Part shown: one piece after another, positions 19,101 to 27,857 of the stretch | How the letters are laid out: each line of letters starts with the position of its first letter | Position numbering within the stretch: the first letter of the stretch is position 1 | Source of the DNA: Gemmatales bacterium | Lineage (GTDB): Bacteria; Planctomycetota; Planctomycetia; Gemmatales; HRBIN36 | Direction: 5' to 3' | Length of the DNA stretch: 64,000 nucleotides | NCBI GenBank assembly: GCA_046350055.1 | Contig: JAXMBC010000001.1 | Location: forward strand, 151,425-215,424 | Notes under the pieces: generated by a model | Told to the model about the DNA's origin: nothing | The model's input: the letters and a program-made list of their open reading frames with translations, nothing else | Databases searched by the model: none | Position numbers and translations under genes: made by a program

Positions 19101-20128
19101 TCAGCAAAGGCAGCGGCACTGGGGTAACGCTTGTGTGGACTCTTCTCCAGACACTTCAGAGTAATTGTCTCAATATCTTTGGGCAGCTTGGCTACCAGTT
19201 TTGCAGGAGAAACAACTTCCCCGCGAATGACCTGCATGATGGTGTTGACTGGTGTATCAGCACGGAAGGGCGGGCGACCGGTCAGCATTTCATATAGAAT
19301 CGCACCCAGAGTATAGATGTCGGTCGCTGGGCCAATCAAGCCAATGTCACCGATGGCTTGTTCCGGTGACATATAACTGGGCGTGCCCATAATGGAACCG
19401 GCGTTGGTCAAGCCACTGCTGGCAGCACCCTGTTCCTGCTTGGCCAACCCAAAATCAGTGATCTTCGGCGTGCCATAGTCCACTGATGTATGGGTCATGA
19501 TGGACTGGCGACTGGACGATTTCGAGTGAGAGGAACTGCTTCGATGCTGACTGGAACCGGAATGGCTATGTGCATCGCCGAGCACGAAAGGCTGCAACAG
19601 AATATTGACTGGCTTCAGATCGCGATGGACGATGCCAACCTCGTGGGCTGACTGCATGGCACGAGCGAGTATTTCCACCAGTCGGGCTGCGACCCGCGGA
19701 GGCTGCGGTACACTATGGAGCTTTTCAGCGAGGTTGCCACCTTCAACATACTCCAGCGCGATATAGGCATGGCCCTGATGGCTACCAACATCATAGACCT
19801 GAACGATATTGGGATGCTGGAGCTTGGCCAGCGCCTCGGCCTCAGCCTGAAAACGAGCGAGCTGGGTATCCCCTGCAAACTTGCCACTCAGAATCATCTT
19901 AAGGGCAACAATGCGGTTGAGTGCAATCTGTCGGGCCTTATAGACCACACCCATGCCGCCCCGGCCGAGTTCGCCGAGGATCTCGTATCCAGGAATACCA
20001 GTATTATCTGAGGATGCGAGAGTGACGGGATACGACAATGCCTCACGGTCAGCAGCCATCGTAGGGACTGCCGACGGCTCCGGGGGCTGATACGCCATCG
20101 TAGCATCGTTTGTATTGGGCTCAGTCAT
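16163..20128 (-). CDS. Ser/Thr protein kinase with TM segment, WD40 beta-propeller repeats and C-terminal TPR-like region
   Basis: GELGRGGMGVVYKA, HRDLKPVNILL, DFGLAK, SPEQ. One TM (LIASLIGAIILGVFSFIVLG) and many WD-like repeats (..SASxDGTxRVWD..). Confidence 0.9.
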   Translation of the reverse strand: MTEPNTNDATMAYQPPEPSAVPTMAADREALSYPVTLASSDNTGIPGYEILGELGRGGMGVVYKARQIALNRIVALKMILSGKFAGDTQLARFQAEAEALAKLQHPNIVQVYDVGSHQGHAYIALEYVEGGNLAEKLHSVPQPPRVAARLVEILARAMQSAHEVGIVHRDLKPVNILLQPFVLGDAHSHSGSSQHRSSSSHSKSSSRQSIMTHTSVDYGTPKITDFGLAKQEQGAASSGLTNAGSIMGTPSYMSPEQAIGDIGLIGPATDIYTLGAILYEMLTGRPPFRADTPVNTIMQVIRGEVVSPAKLVAKLPKDIETITLKCLEKSPHKRYPSAAAFADDLANYLEDRPITARPVGPIERLTKWVYRRPLIASLIGAIILGVFSFIVLGSWAYVAVKERARAAELAKDEASASAQESKQRLIRLAVANGAQLLERSDMLGAACWFAEALKLDEKNPVAETIHRKRIASVLMRSPILAHLWRHESAINDLALSHDGKLLASAGNDGLLRIWNMNDGKPVTMPIEHGTPMASLSFAPDARELLVLSADGSAKLWQWQPGVSSRVVGQGLAVVEFLPDGKSLLLVNKSGGMSVVSRATLEPLSSLMNNAQTVSDVAIAKSGKFALVPSRDGNLRWWDLARSQLANTPMKTSSPQTVVALHPGDTVGATGGEDGVVTLWNLTTSELAVPTPIRHDAGITQLQFSPDGRWIATASEDKQCVVWDASNGRQYSPRLRHGSRVNRIQFSADARWICTLSEDNFARIWDIRTGRLVVSPFRHNGTPLACLFTPSGRGLLAAGQDQLLRHWILPIQLDEETEASAMMQIARPYMSTQGRIATSPDGKIAANYRGDQPVRLRDATTREPLGEALKTVGNTSALAFSSDNQWLVTGGYEGDVQVWSTATSQPRWRETGHHTSRVYVAAFHPLGSILATGSDDNTIRVWNATNGELLYAPIRHEGGVYFLTFSSDGTTLFSASIDGTTRVWDSATGEPVTPKLPGWKGEVWQDHLDTTPMKVDDLLTLTQALTGMQVDKQGGMTLLDARSITERYARVQDKSENTCIPTDDIAWYEYHAQSAEKAGNWFAAAWQLERMTQVQPSSTTYRQRLAHAWGQLGAWPKVIATTTEVLTQSPETTAAWLQRGQAYGELKQWRESMRDIAQAARLQQQPQWKLALPALMKLDAGDLEGYEHERQKLLAMKNPDAETLVVIIHVAVLRSGSADLFTNLMSALDAYPQLSTIPILKAALLVRSGRAEQALVMLKDIKSEDPKVMLLQALAHKQLNQSNAPMQLLTLDKLKTQLSSQPLADWQQEVMHRTLLKEFETK

Positions 20129-20377
20129 CTGCCAGCCATGGATGTTGATTCGAAGAGGCAGTATCGATTATGCCGATTTACTCCAGCAACTGCGAGTAAA
20201 CGTCTACGTGAAGACTGGGAAGAAGGCGGGGAAGGAATCGATTGTGCGGAGGGTGTGAAGTAGGAGGGGGAATTTGTTACCACATGGATCAAATTGAAGG
20301 AGGATTCGTACAATCGAGTCGAATTGAACGTCCTGTGAACAGTCCATTCGCTCCTGTCGTAACACCAGTGCCAAGTC

Positions 20378-21403
20378 CTAGAGCAACCCCAGCGTTTCCT
20401 CAAAGCCATACACCCGATTGAAATTCTGCACCGCTACACCCGAAGCACCACGGAGCAAGTTATCCTCGCAGGCCAGTACGATGATGCGGCCTCGTACCAT
20501 ACGTACTGTCATATCAAGATAATTGGTACCAACCGTGTCCTTGCTTGCAGGCAGTCGGTCCACTACTCGTACGAACCTGGCATCACGATAGTATTGACGG
20601 TAAAGATCGAGCAACTGCTTCTCTTCCACTGGCTTCTTGGGCATCGCATAGATGGTGGAGAAGATGCCCCGGTCCATGGGAATCAGATGTGGCGTGAAGA
20701 TGACCTGCACTGGAGCCTTGGCAAGATCACTGAGCGTCTGCTCAATCTCAGGCGTGTGTCGGTGAGTTCCCACGCCATACGCTGCCACGCTTTCGTTGCA
20801 CTCAGGATAGTGGAAGGTCAGGCTGGGTGACCGGCCTGCACCGGAAACGCCACTCTTGCTGTCAATGATAATATTCTGCAGGTCAATCATCTGGTTCTCA
20901 ACCAGAGGTGCCAGTCCCAGGATGCCGGTCTGTGGATAGCATCCCGGATTCGCGACGAGCCGGGCATTCTTGAGCTGGTCGCCATAGACTTCAGGCAATC
21001 CGTAGACTGCATGAGCAAGATTAGCCGTATCGGTATGTTCGTGCTTGTACCATTGGGCGTATTCCTTGGCATCACGCAGTCGGTAGTCAGCGCTCAGATC
21101 AATGACTTTGATTCCCTCTGCGAGTAACGAAGGAATACTGGCCATGCTGATGCCGTGAGGAAGACAGCCAAAGGCACACTGAACACACTGCCCTTTGAGG
21201 GCTCTGGCATCGAATGGCTGGCAGCGAATATCAATGCGGTGTGCCAGTCGCGGATGCAACTCAGCTATGAAAGGAGTGCTGTCTTTTTCACCCTGCCTGG
21301 AAGTAATAGCTACGATCTCGGCATACGGATGGCGGAGCAGCAGTTGAATGCACTCCAGCGCGGTATATCCGGAACCACCCAGAATGGCGACTTTGATCTT
21401 CAT
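20378..21403 (-). CDS. argC: N-acetyl-gamma-glutamyl-phosphate reductase
   Basis: MKIKVAILGGSGYT.., active-site region NPGCYPQ. ATG at 21401-21403; the ORF track begins one codon earlier at a GTG. Confidence 0.9.
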   Translation of the reverse strand: MKIKVAILGGSGYTALECIQLLLRHPYAEIVAITSRQGEKDSTPFIAELHPRLAHRIDIRCQPFDARALKGQCVQCAFGCLPHGISMASIPSLLAEGIKVIDLSADYRLRDAKEYAQWYKHEHTDTANLAHAVYGLPEVYGDQLKNARLVANPGCYPQTGILGLAPLVENQMIDLQNIIIDSKSGVSGAGRSPSLTFHYPECNESVAAYGVGTHRHTPEIEQTLSDLAKAPVQVIFTPHLIPMDRGIFSTIYAMPKKPVEEKQLLDLYRQYYRDARFVRVVDRLPASKDTVGTNYLDMTVRMVRGRIIVLACEDNLLRGASGVAVQNFNRVYGFEETLGLL

Positions 21404-21480
21404 CACGATTTACCAATTCGACTCTAGCGGGAACAAGTCCCGCGCTCTAGTTACAGGCACATTATATGTTGGAGAGTGAA

Positions 21481-22722
21481 TTACTGCTGAGTGATCACGG
21501 CTGCAGGTTTGCTCCACTTCAACTTGGGTAGATAGATAGATGCAGTAGTCCCCTGCCCGGACTTACTCTGCAGATCAAGGAAACCTCCATGCTGACGGAC
21601 GACACCGCGAACCAGGGCAATACCTAATCCAATTCGCTTGGGATCATTGCGGGTGGTAAAGAAGGCCGTACCAGCCTTTTCCAGTATCTCAGGACTCATG
21701 CCAGTACCGGTGTCGGTCACGGTGATACGAATGAACTCACCTGGACGGACACGCTCCTGCACGTTGTATTCTGCCAGGTGTCGATCATCGAGCGTTTTCT
21801 CCCGCGCATCGATGCTCAATCTGCCCCCCAGCTGCATGGCATCCACTGCATTCTGAATCAAGTGGACAAAGACTCGTTTAAGCAAATCACCATCGCAGAT
21901 GATGGGGCCGAGCGAAGCAGGGATGCTTGCATTGATTTCAATATTGGCAGCAGGTTTGACGATCTCCAAAGCCTGATCCACCAGCATACCCAGTGGATAT
22001 TCTCTCTTCTGAAACGAAGCACGCCCCACAGCGGCCAGCAGATTCTGAAGCAGGGAAGCGGCACGCCCGGCACTTTCCTCGATGGATTGCAACAGCGACT
22101 GATTGGGACTTGTGGAATTTAAAGATGACCGGACGAGCGTGGAATTGGCAATTACCACAGTAGCAAGATCGTTGTAATGCTTCGAGATACCCTGAATCAG
22201 ATCCGCCGCAGTGGAGAGGTCCCGTTCACTGGCGGTGTAGAAGCTGTTCTGACCGATATTGCTTTCTTTCAGCTGAGTATTTTCGAGCTCAGCTTCGGCA
22301 AGGCGTTCCATCAAAGCGCGGTTTCCAGTTTCCAACGCAAATTGTGTTCGGGCATCACGCAACAATACCAGCATCGATTTCTTGCTTCGAGTCCCCGGAA
22401 TGGGCAGCCTGGCTCCTTCTACAGGCATCCACTGTTTTTGCTGATATCGCAATAGCGCAGGCTGAAACCGATGCTTGCTCCCAGTATGTCTGGTTGTTTC
22501 ACTCGCTTGTTCAACAGCCTCTCGCCAGGAGACTAGTTGCTCAAACTTGGAATTAAGCAGTTCCTGATAACTCAATCCTGTCCAATCCTGCGCAGTCTTG
22601 TTTGCATCGAGAATCTTCTTGAAATCTGAATCGACTACTAGCAGAGCATCCACTGACTCAACAAAAATGAGCTGCGATAATTCAGATGACAAGTTTTCGA
22701 TGATAGACATCACAACACTCAT
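21481..22722 (-). CDS. PAS-domain sensor histidine kinase (orphan, cytoplasmic)
   Basis: N-terminal PAS-like region, H-box ..GISKHYNDLATVV.., HATPase_c motifs DTGTGMSPE, GLGIALVRGVV. No adjacent response regulator. Confidence 0.8.
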   Translation of the reverse strand: MSVVMSIIENLSSELSQLIFVESVDALLVVDSDFKKILDANKTAQDWTGLSYQELLNSKFEQLVSWREAVEQASETTRHTGSKHRFQPALLRYQQKQWMPVEGARLPIPGTRSKKSMLVLLRDARTQFALETGNRALMERLAEAELENTQLKESNIGQNSFYTASERDLSTAADLIQGISKHYNDLATVVIANSTLVRSSLNSTSPNQSLLQSIEESAGRAASLLQNLLAAVGRASFQKREYPLGMLVDQALEIVKPAANIEINASIPASLGPIICDGDLLKRVFVHLIQNAVDAMQLGGRLSIDAREKTLDDRHLAEYNVQERVRPGEFIRITVTDTGTGMSPEILEKAGTAFFTTRNDPKRIGLGIALVRGVVRQHGGFLDLQSKSGQGTTASIYLPKLKWSKPAAVITQQ

Positions 22723-22837
22723 GAAACTGCGCTGGCGGGAGAATTATATCATACATGACGTAGCATTTCGCAACAGTCTAAATGCGCAAAAAAGAACACC
22801 TTCAGAACAGCTTGAGGGTGTTCACTTCGATGAACTG

Positions 22838-23368
22838 CTATTTCTTTTCGACTAGCACGATATCGTCAAAATATGCCTCGTATTCTCCACCAGAACCAAC
22901 CAGGGTGCAAGTGATATGAGTTGCGTCAGGGTAACTGGAAAGTTCCGACGTCACTTTCAACTCCGTCCAATCTGTACTCTCCGTGTTTTCAGCTGCAGTC
23001 ATTCCAATGTATTCTGTGCCTTTGAAGTAATCAAACTTGATGGTGCCCGTACCCTTGGCTACCCGGGCAAAGCCTTTGAGTTCAAATGTCTGCTCTTTTT
23101 TCACTGCGATGCGATTGGAAACATAGGTACCCCATTCTGCATTGCCTTTGATTACCGCACAGTTCTTCCCATTGTGCGGTTTGTCTGTACTGACACCCAG
23201 GGTGCCCTTTCCACCTTCAGCAAATCCGGCCACAGACCAGTCAGTCAATTTGCCATCTGTCACGCTTTCAAAGCCCGGGTTCTTGATCAGGTTGGTATCT
23301 GCCTGAGTGGTCCCGCTGGCCACCTGAACCACTATGAATGAAAGGCTGAGAGCTATCATGCGAAGCAT
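22838..23368 (-). CDS. secreted protein with CBM4/9-like carbohydrate-binding (galactose-binding-like) domain
   Basis: Signal peptide MLRMIALSLSFIVVQVASG from ATG 23366-23368, then NLIKNPGFESVTDGKLTDWS... typical of CBM_4_9 N-termini. Confidence 0.5.
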   Translation of the reverse strand: MLRMIALSLSFIVVQVASGTTQADTNLIKNPGFESVTDGKLTDWSVAGFAEGGKGTLGVSTDKPHNGKNCAVIKGNAEWGTYVSNRIAVKKEQTFELKGFARVAKGTGTIKFDYFKGTEYIGMTAAENTESTDWTELKVTSELSSYPDATHITCTLVGSGGEYEAYFDDIVLVEKK

Positions 23369-23426
23369 ACTGTGCACTCCATAAAGGGGTATTGTTCTAC
23401 CCCCTAAAGTATGGAGCCAGTGGCCA

Positions 23427-24245
23427 CTAAGCGACTTGTGTGCGTGTGCCACTATGCTGTTTGCTGGCCCTTACGACAAAAGCCTGATCTGCGTAGGAAA
23501 GCTTCGATGACCAGTTTTCAAACCCTGCTGCCTGCAGCCGCTGCAGAATGCTGACCAATGGTACAAAGTGAAACCTGCCACGACGGGCCTCACGTTTGAG
23601 CCAGGCACCATGTCTTTGCATACTCAGAACATTTCGCAACGTCTTGAAGGGCCTGCCAAACTTCACACCTCTTCCAAATGACTTCCATACGATCTTCCAG
23701 AAATCGGGATCAGGCACATTAACGGAAAATACCAGCTTGCCTCCCGGCTTCAGGACACGGTACATTTCCTGATAAAGCCTGTTGTATGCGGTATCGGTGA
23801 ATCTCCTGGTTTCCAGGTCAAACGACTCGGCATAGGAAATTGCCAAGCCTGAAACGATGCCGTCAAATCGGGCATCCGGAAGCTGTGGCAAACCTTTACT
23901 GAAATCCACGACTTGAAACTGAAACTGCTCTGCAGCAGGAGCAGGTTCCAATTTCCTGCTCAACTTGATGATGGCTTGCTCGTTCACTGCTGCGCAATCG
24001 ACCGCAACGATTTCCGCTACTTTACCCCTGCTTGCTTTCCAGAGTCCGGCTGTCAAAAACCCACCACCGCACCCAAGATCCAGCCAGGCTTCTCCCTCAG
24101 CTGGCTCACACCACTCCAGGGTATCACGCAGCAGTTCCTGGTATGGCAGCGCACGATGCTGATCCCAGAAGGCCTGGGCCGTTTCATCGGAGTACCAGCG
24201 ATTCGTCTCGTCGCTCAAGCGGAGTGTTCCACTCATCGTTGTCAT
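23427..24245 (-). CDS. class I SAM-dependent methyltransferase
   Basis: Motif I WLDLGCGGGFLT, post-I VAVD, LKPGGKLVFS. The 5' end overlaps the upstream gene by ~50-60 nt. Confidence 0.8.
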   Translation of the reverse strand: MTTMSGTLRLSDETNRWYSDETAQAFWDQHRALPYQELLRDTLEWCEPAEGEAWLDLGCGGGFLTAGLWKASRGKVAEIVAVDCAAVNEQAIIKLSRKLEPAPAAEQFQFQVVDFSKGLPQLPDARFDGIVSGLAISYAESFDLETRRFTDTAYNRLYQEMYRVLKPGGKLVFSVNVPDPDFWKIVWKSFGRGVKFGRPFKTLRNVLSMQRHGAWLKREARRGRFHFVPLVSILQRLQAAGFENWSSKLSYADQAFVVRASKQHSGTRTQVA

Positions 24246-25005
24246 TTCCTAACAACACATGTTCGTAAGTCATCAATTCGTCAAGCAACGGGCCCGTTAG
24301 CATCGATTCCATGGTTGCTAGTGCCCGTGCTACCACTGCCCCGTCAACAATCCGGTGGTCATACACCAGACGTACGGTGATCCTACCACGTTCATCCAGA
24401 ACACCATAGTTCAGAAGAAAGGAGAGAGGTGATAAAGGATGCAATGAGCTGGCACCAAGACTGGAGTAAACGCTCATCCCAAAAGTGCCTAACCGTTTGG
24501 CTCTTTTCTCGCCTGACCAGTTCAGACTGCACCACCAGAGAAACCGGCGAACCAGTAAAGGCAGCTTGGATACTCGAATCAGCCGGCGAAAGATTCCGAA
24601 CGACTCTATCGGCTCGTGCTTGTAATCCTTGAGATATTCATCGATGGCTTCCAGCGACTGCTCCTCGGGACGAACGATCTGCCCGAAGAAAACTGCTGTT
24701 TCTCCAAGGTATTTGCGTTCAATGGCAACTGATGCGACAGAGAGCGGATGTTCGTATCCACGTGCCCACGGGTAGCGGAGAAACGCCTGCCGAAGCTCAG
24801 GGTGCTGTTTCGCGGCCAGGGCAAATGCCTTGAGAAATAATGCAGGCCACGAGATGCCCAGATACTGCCGAGTCGCTTGCACATCGCGCACGTCCATCAC
24901 TCGCTCGACAGGCACACTCGGAACCTGGCGCGCGAAATAGAGCAGATCGCCAATCCAGCGTCTGGGTAAGCTGAGCCGAAAATACCGGCCACGACGACGT
25001 GACAT
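24184..25005 (-). CDS. stand-alone 2-oxoacid dehydrogenase E2-type (CAT-fold) acyltransferase catalytic-domain protein
   Basis: C-terminal catalytic motif VYDHRIVDGAVVARAL (DHRxxDG). ATG at 25003-25005 preferred over the TTG at 25023. Confidence 0.6.
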   Translation of the reverse strand: MSRRRGRYFRLSLPRRWIGDLLYFARQVPSVPVERVMDVRDVQATRQYLGISWPALFLKAFALAAKQHPELRQAFLRYPWARGYEHPLSVASVAIERKYLGETAVFFGQIVRPEEQSLEAIDEYLKDYKHEPIESFGIFRRLIRVSKLPLLVRRFLWWCSLNWSGEKRAKRLGTFGMSVYSSLGASSLHPLSPLSFLLNYGVLDERGRITVRLVYDHRIVDGAVVARALATMESMLTGPLLDELMTYEHVLLGNDNDEWNTPLERRDESLVLR

Positions 25006-25248
25006 GGCATGCCCCCAAGGCAATGCAGGCGTTCCGTGCCTTGTGTTATGTGTTTCCCCATGTAACTATGCCCAAGAACTCAGAATCGGGCAAGACGGAC
25101 TGCTGGTCCCAAACAAGTTGACTGCAGGCAGGCATGAAGAATGCGCTGCAAGCGGAGTAATCGTCAGACCTCAATCACTGCTGTCCTTGTCCGCTTGTAT
25201 CAACCTCATTAAGGTGAATGGTGAATCATCACTAGCTGGCTTACACAC

Positions 25249-25452
25249 ATGATTGATGCAAAGATTCTTGAGGTCCTTGTTTGCCCACTTGGCAAAGCGC
25301 CTCTGAAACTCGAAGAGAACAAACTGGTCTGCACGAAATGCGGCCCGAAGTTCAGTTTCAGCCGGGAAGGCTATCCCAATCTGGTGATCGAAGACGCAGA
25401 ACTACCTGAAGGATGCAAGGGAATCGATCAGTTACCATGCGTCAAAGGATGA
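25249..25452 (+). CDS. Trm112/YcaR (UPF0434) family small zinc-ribbon-like protein
   Basis: 67 aa: LEVLVCPLGKAPLKLEENKLVCTKCGPKFSFSREGYPNLVIEDA. Confidence 0.8.
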   Translation: MIDAKILEVLVCPLGKAPLKLEENKLVCTKCGPKFSFSREGYPNLVIEDAELPEGCKGIDQLPCVKG

Positions 25453-25471
25453 CAGTCGCGATTAAAACGGA

Positions 25472-25501
25472 CCAGGCCCGTGATTTTCATCACAGGCCTG
25501 G
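25472..25501. terminator. hairpin between convergent genes
   Basis: ccaggcccgtgat-tttc-atcacaggcctgg (one mismatch) between the Trm112 stop and the stop of 25549-26226. Confidence 0.4.
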
Positions 25502-25548
25502 CCCACCACCACCCTTCTCCCCGAAAGGAGATTCCATCAAAACGGTCA

Positions 25549-26226
25549 TCAATTCTTGTCGTCGCTATATTCCTTGCTCGACGCGTGTGGAACAAAGATC
25601 CACGACAATCGTTCGGCAGTATGTCGCAGGAAGAGTTCGCGGAATTGTGAAAGCGTTACTTCACTATCACTCAGGGGGCGCATGCCCGGAGGATATTTAA
25701 AGGAGTAGGAGTTGGGCCCCCATACTGGAACAGCCTGGTCTTGATCAGTCCCAATGCGGTGAATGCTGACTGACGCATCACACGTTCCCTTGTAGTACTG
25801 TTTCCAACCTTCCTTCTCGTAGAAACCCACGCGACGCAATTCGACAAAAACCAGATAGTCTACATTCAACCCCTGACCGATCTCATAGGGCGATTTCATA
25901 TCGGGATGCTCGTCCATCCACTTATGGACTTTGGCAGCAAGCACAATCTCAGGTTTTTTCTTGGTGTAACCAGCCACAAGAAGCGAAAGCACGTGATTTA
26001 CTTCACGATCGAAATGACCAACATCGATCTGGCTGTGCTTGCCTAGATGCGTGACGATTGCCACTCTCTTGGCATCTTTTTCAAAGTGATACTGGATATT
26101 GGCTTTATCATCGACGCCGAGCATATCCATGGTCAAAAGGACTGGCGCCATGAGCGCGCAACCTAAGCCACCGATCCCCCAGGCAGCGATCAGCACACAG
26201 GCGCAGGTTATGAGTTTTCCCCGCAT
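25549..26226 (-). CDS. hypothetical membrane-anchored/lipoprotein-like protein
   Basis: 225 aa, N-terminal hydrophobic segment with Cys residues (LITCACVLIAAWGIGGLGC). No recognisable domain. Confidence 0.45.
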   Translation of the reverse strand: MRGKLITCACVLIAAWGIGGLGCALMAPVLLTMDMLGVDDKANIQYHFEKDAKRVAIVTHLGKHSQIDVGHFDREVNHVLSLLVAGYTKKKPEIVLAAKVHKWMDEHPDMKSPYEIGQGLNVDYLVFVELRRVGFYEKEGWKQYYKGTCDASVSIHRIGTDQDQAVPVWGPNSYSFKYPPGMRPLSDSEVTLSQFRELFLRHTAERLSWIFVPHASSKEYSDDKN

Positions 26227-26316
26227 ACACCGTCCCCCTGTATCTGGAAGGTTTACTTCCAGAACAGGCGGGACGATAGCGAGAACTGACAGGGATGCAA
26301 GAGCAACTTGGCAGTA

Positions 26317-26493
26317 TTACTTGCCTTCTGGCTTTAGCAGTTCAAAACCACTCCCTTTTCCACCACCCATTTCGACGGATTTCAGCTGAACGGTGGGAGC
26401 CTGGATGGTGGAAGTAGCCTGAATGACCTGCTGTTTGCTGGAACAACCGATTGCCAGCATGGTCACAATAAACATGGCGGAAAGTCGTGTCAT
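26317..26493 (-). CDS. small (58 aa) putative lipoprotein, not in the ORF track
   Basis: MTRLSAMFIVTMLAIGCSSKQQ.. has a lipobox-like LAIGC. gaggtga lies 5 nt upstream of the ATG (26491-26493), TAA at 26317-26319. Immediately downstream of the DUF1559 gene. Confidence 0.45.
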   Translation of the reverse strand: MTRLSAMFIVTMLAIGCSSKQQVIQATSTIQAPTVQLKSVEMGGGKGSGFELLKPEGK

Positions 26494-26561
26494 GTATCAC
26501 CTCGGTGTTATACAAACAAAACAGCCCGTGCAGTGGCACGGGCTGCCATGGATAGTTCATA

Positions 26562-27647
26562 TTAGTCAATCAAAGCACTGGCGTCATTGTTCAGGCCATC
26601 GCGACGACCAGCCAGTTGCTGGAAGACCAGCCAGTCAGCAGGCATGGTAGCAGAAACGCCCAGAACACCAGAGTTGCCGCGACGCACGCCACGAGTAGAA
26701 CCATCGCCGAAAGCAAACTGCACAACGGCGGGATGCCGACTGCTGAATGCCCACCATGGTCCGAGACGGTTGGTCAAGTGTAAGCCACCAATGGCGGGAA
26801 TGCAACCAGCACCCATCCAGGCTGATTCGTAATGACGAATGTTCTCCTGACCGACAAGCCCGGGCTCATTGGCGGAAAGCGATTCACCAAACATGAAAGT
26901 ATTGGAGGTACCGTCCTGAACAGTCAACTGGCCCAGTGTCAGATTTCCACGGTTGATCAGGACACCTTCGAAAGTGGCCCAATTCAAACCAGCAGGCAGC
27001 ACGGGAAATAGCGAGATAGTTTGATTTCCCTTACCAGCACTACCGCAGGAACCAAAGTAGTTCGCACGACCAAGCTGACCAGCCTGAGGGACTGTAGCGA
27101 GCGGAGCAGCAGTTGCCGCAATACGGGCACCGAGAGTGCCACCTGTGTTAGTATTCCAATGGTGGCTTGCCAGACCAACTGCAAGCTGGGCATCAAACTG
27201 GGTATCGCTGGGGCAAAGATACATCTTGATTTTGGCAGATGCTACAGTGAAATTGATCGTGCTGATCCACCAGTTCGGCGCCAGTGAAGTGTTGCCGAGT
27301 GGCATCGGGTTGGTGCCAGGAGGAGTCGGGTCCACAATCTGCTTGGCAATATTATCTGCTTCCATGTAGGGAAGCAGGATTGTCAAAACACCAACCGACT
27401 GATTGGTGGCCTGATTGTTCTGCTCATTTGGGATGGGTCCCAGGTAACCAGCCGGCAACCTGTTATAGTCGTTGTGGTAGTTGTGAGCTGCGATGGCGAG
27501 TTGCCGCAGATTACTACCGCACAACATTCTATTTGCTGCTTCACGCACTTTTTGAATGGCCGGCAGAAGCAAGGCCATGAGCAATGCGATGATGGCGATA
27601 ACCACCAGCAGCTCAATCAATGTAAACGCCTGACGACGGACCCGCAT
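26562..27647 (-). CDS. DUF1559 protein with prepilin-type N-terminal cleavage/methylation domain
   Basis: [43 protein letters not shown].. The ATG at 27645-27647 is preceded by aaggag. Family is hugely expanded in Planctomycetota. Confidence 0.9.
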   Translation of the reverse strand: MRVRRQAFTLIELLVVIAIIALLMALLLPAIQKVREAANRMLCGSNLRQLAIAAHNYHNDYNRLPAGYLGPIPNEQNNQATNQSVGVLTILLPYMEADNIAKQIVDPTPPGTNPMPLGNTSLAPNWWISTINFTVASAKIKMYLCPSDTQFDAQLAVGLASHHWNTNTGGTLGARIAATAAPLATVPQAGQLGRANYFGSCGSAGKGNQTISLFPVLPAGLNWATFEGVLINRGNLTLGQLTVQDGTSNTFMFGESLSANEPGLVGQENIRHYESAWMGAGCIPAIGGLHLTNRLGPWWAFSSRHPAVVQFAFGDGSTRGVRRGNSGVLGVSATMPADWLVFQQLAGRRDGLNNDASALID

Positions 27648-27857
27648 GGAATTCTCCTTGATGGAAGGATGATAAGTTGACATTCGATCTTACTACAAAC
27701 AAATCGTGGTGCAATGAGAATAAACGACAATAACCATCATTCTCGCAATTACTTCACACCACATTTATTTGGGTGCTGTCCAATTGGTGAACAAGCTTCA
27801 TGAGTAATGCCACGAAATAAAAATGCACATTCTGTATTATTGCGATTCAAAGCTAAC

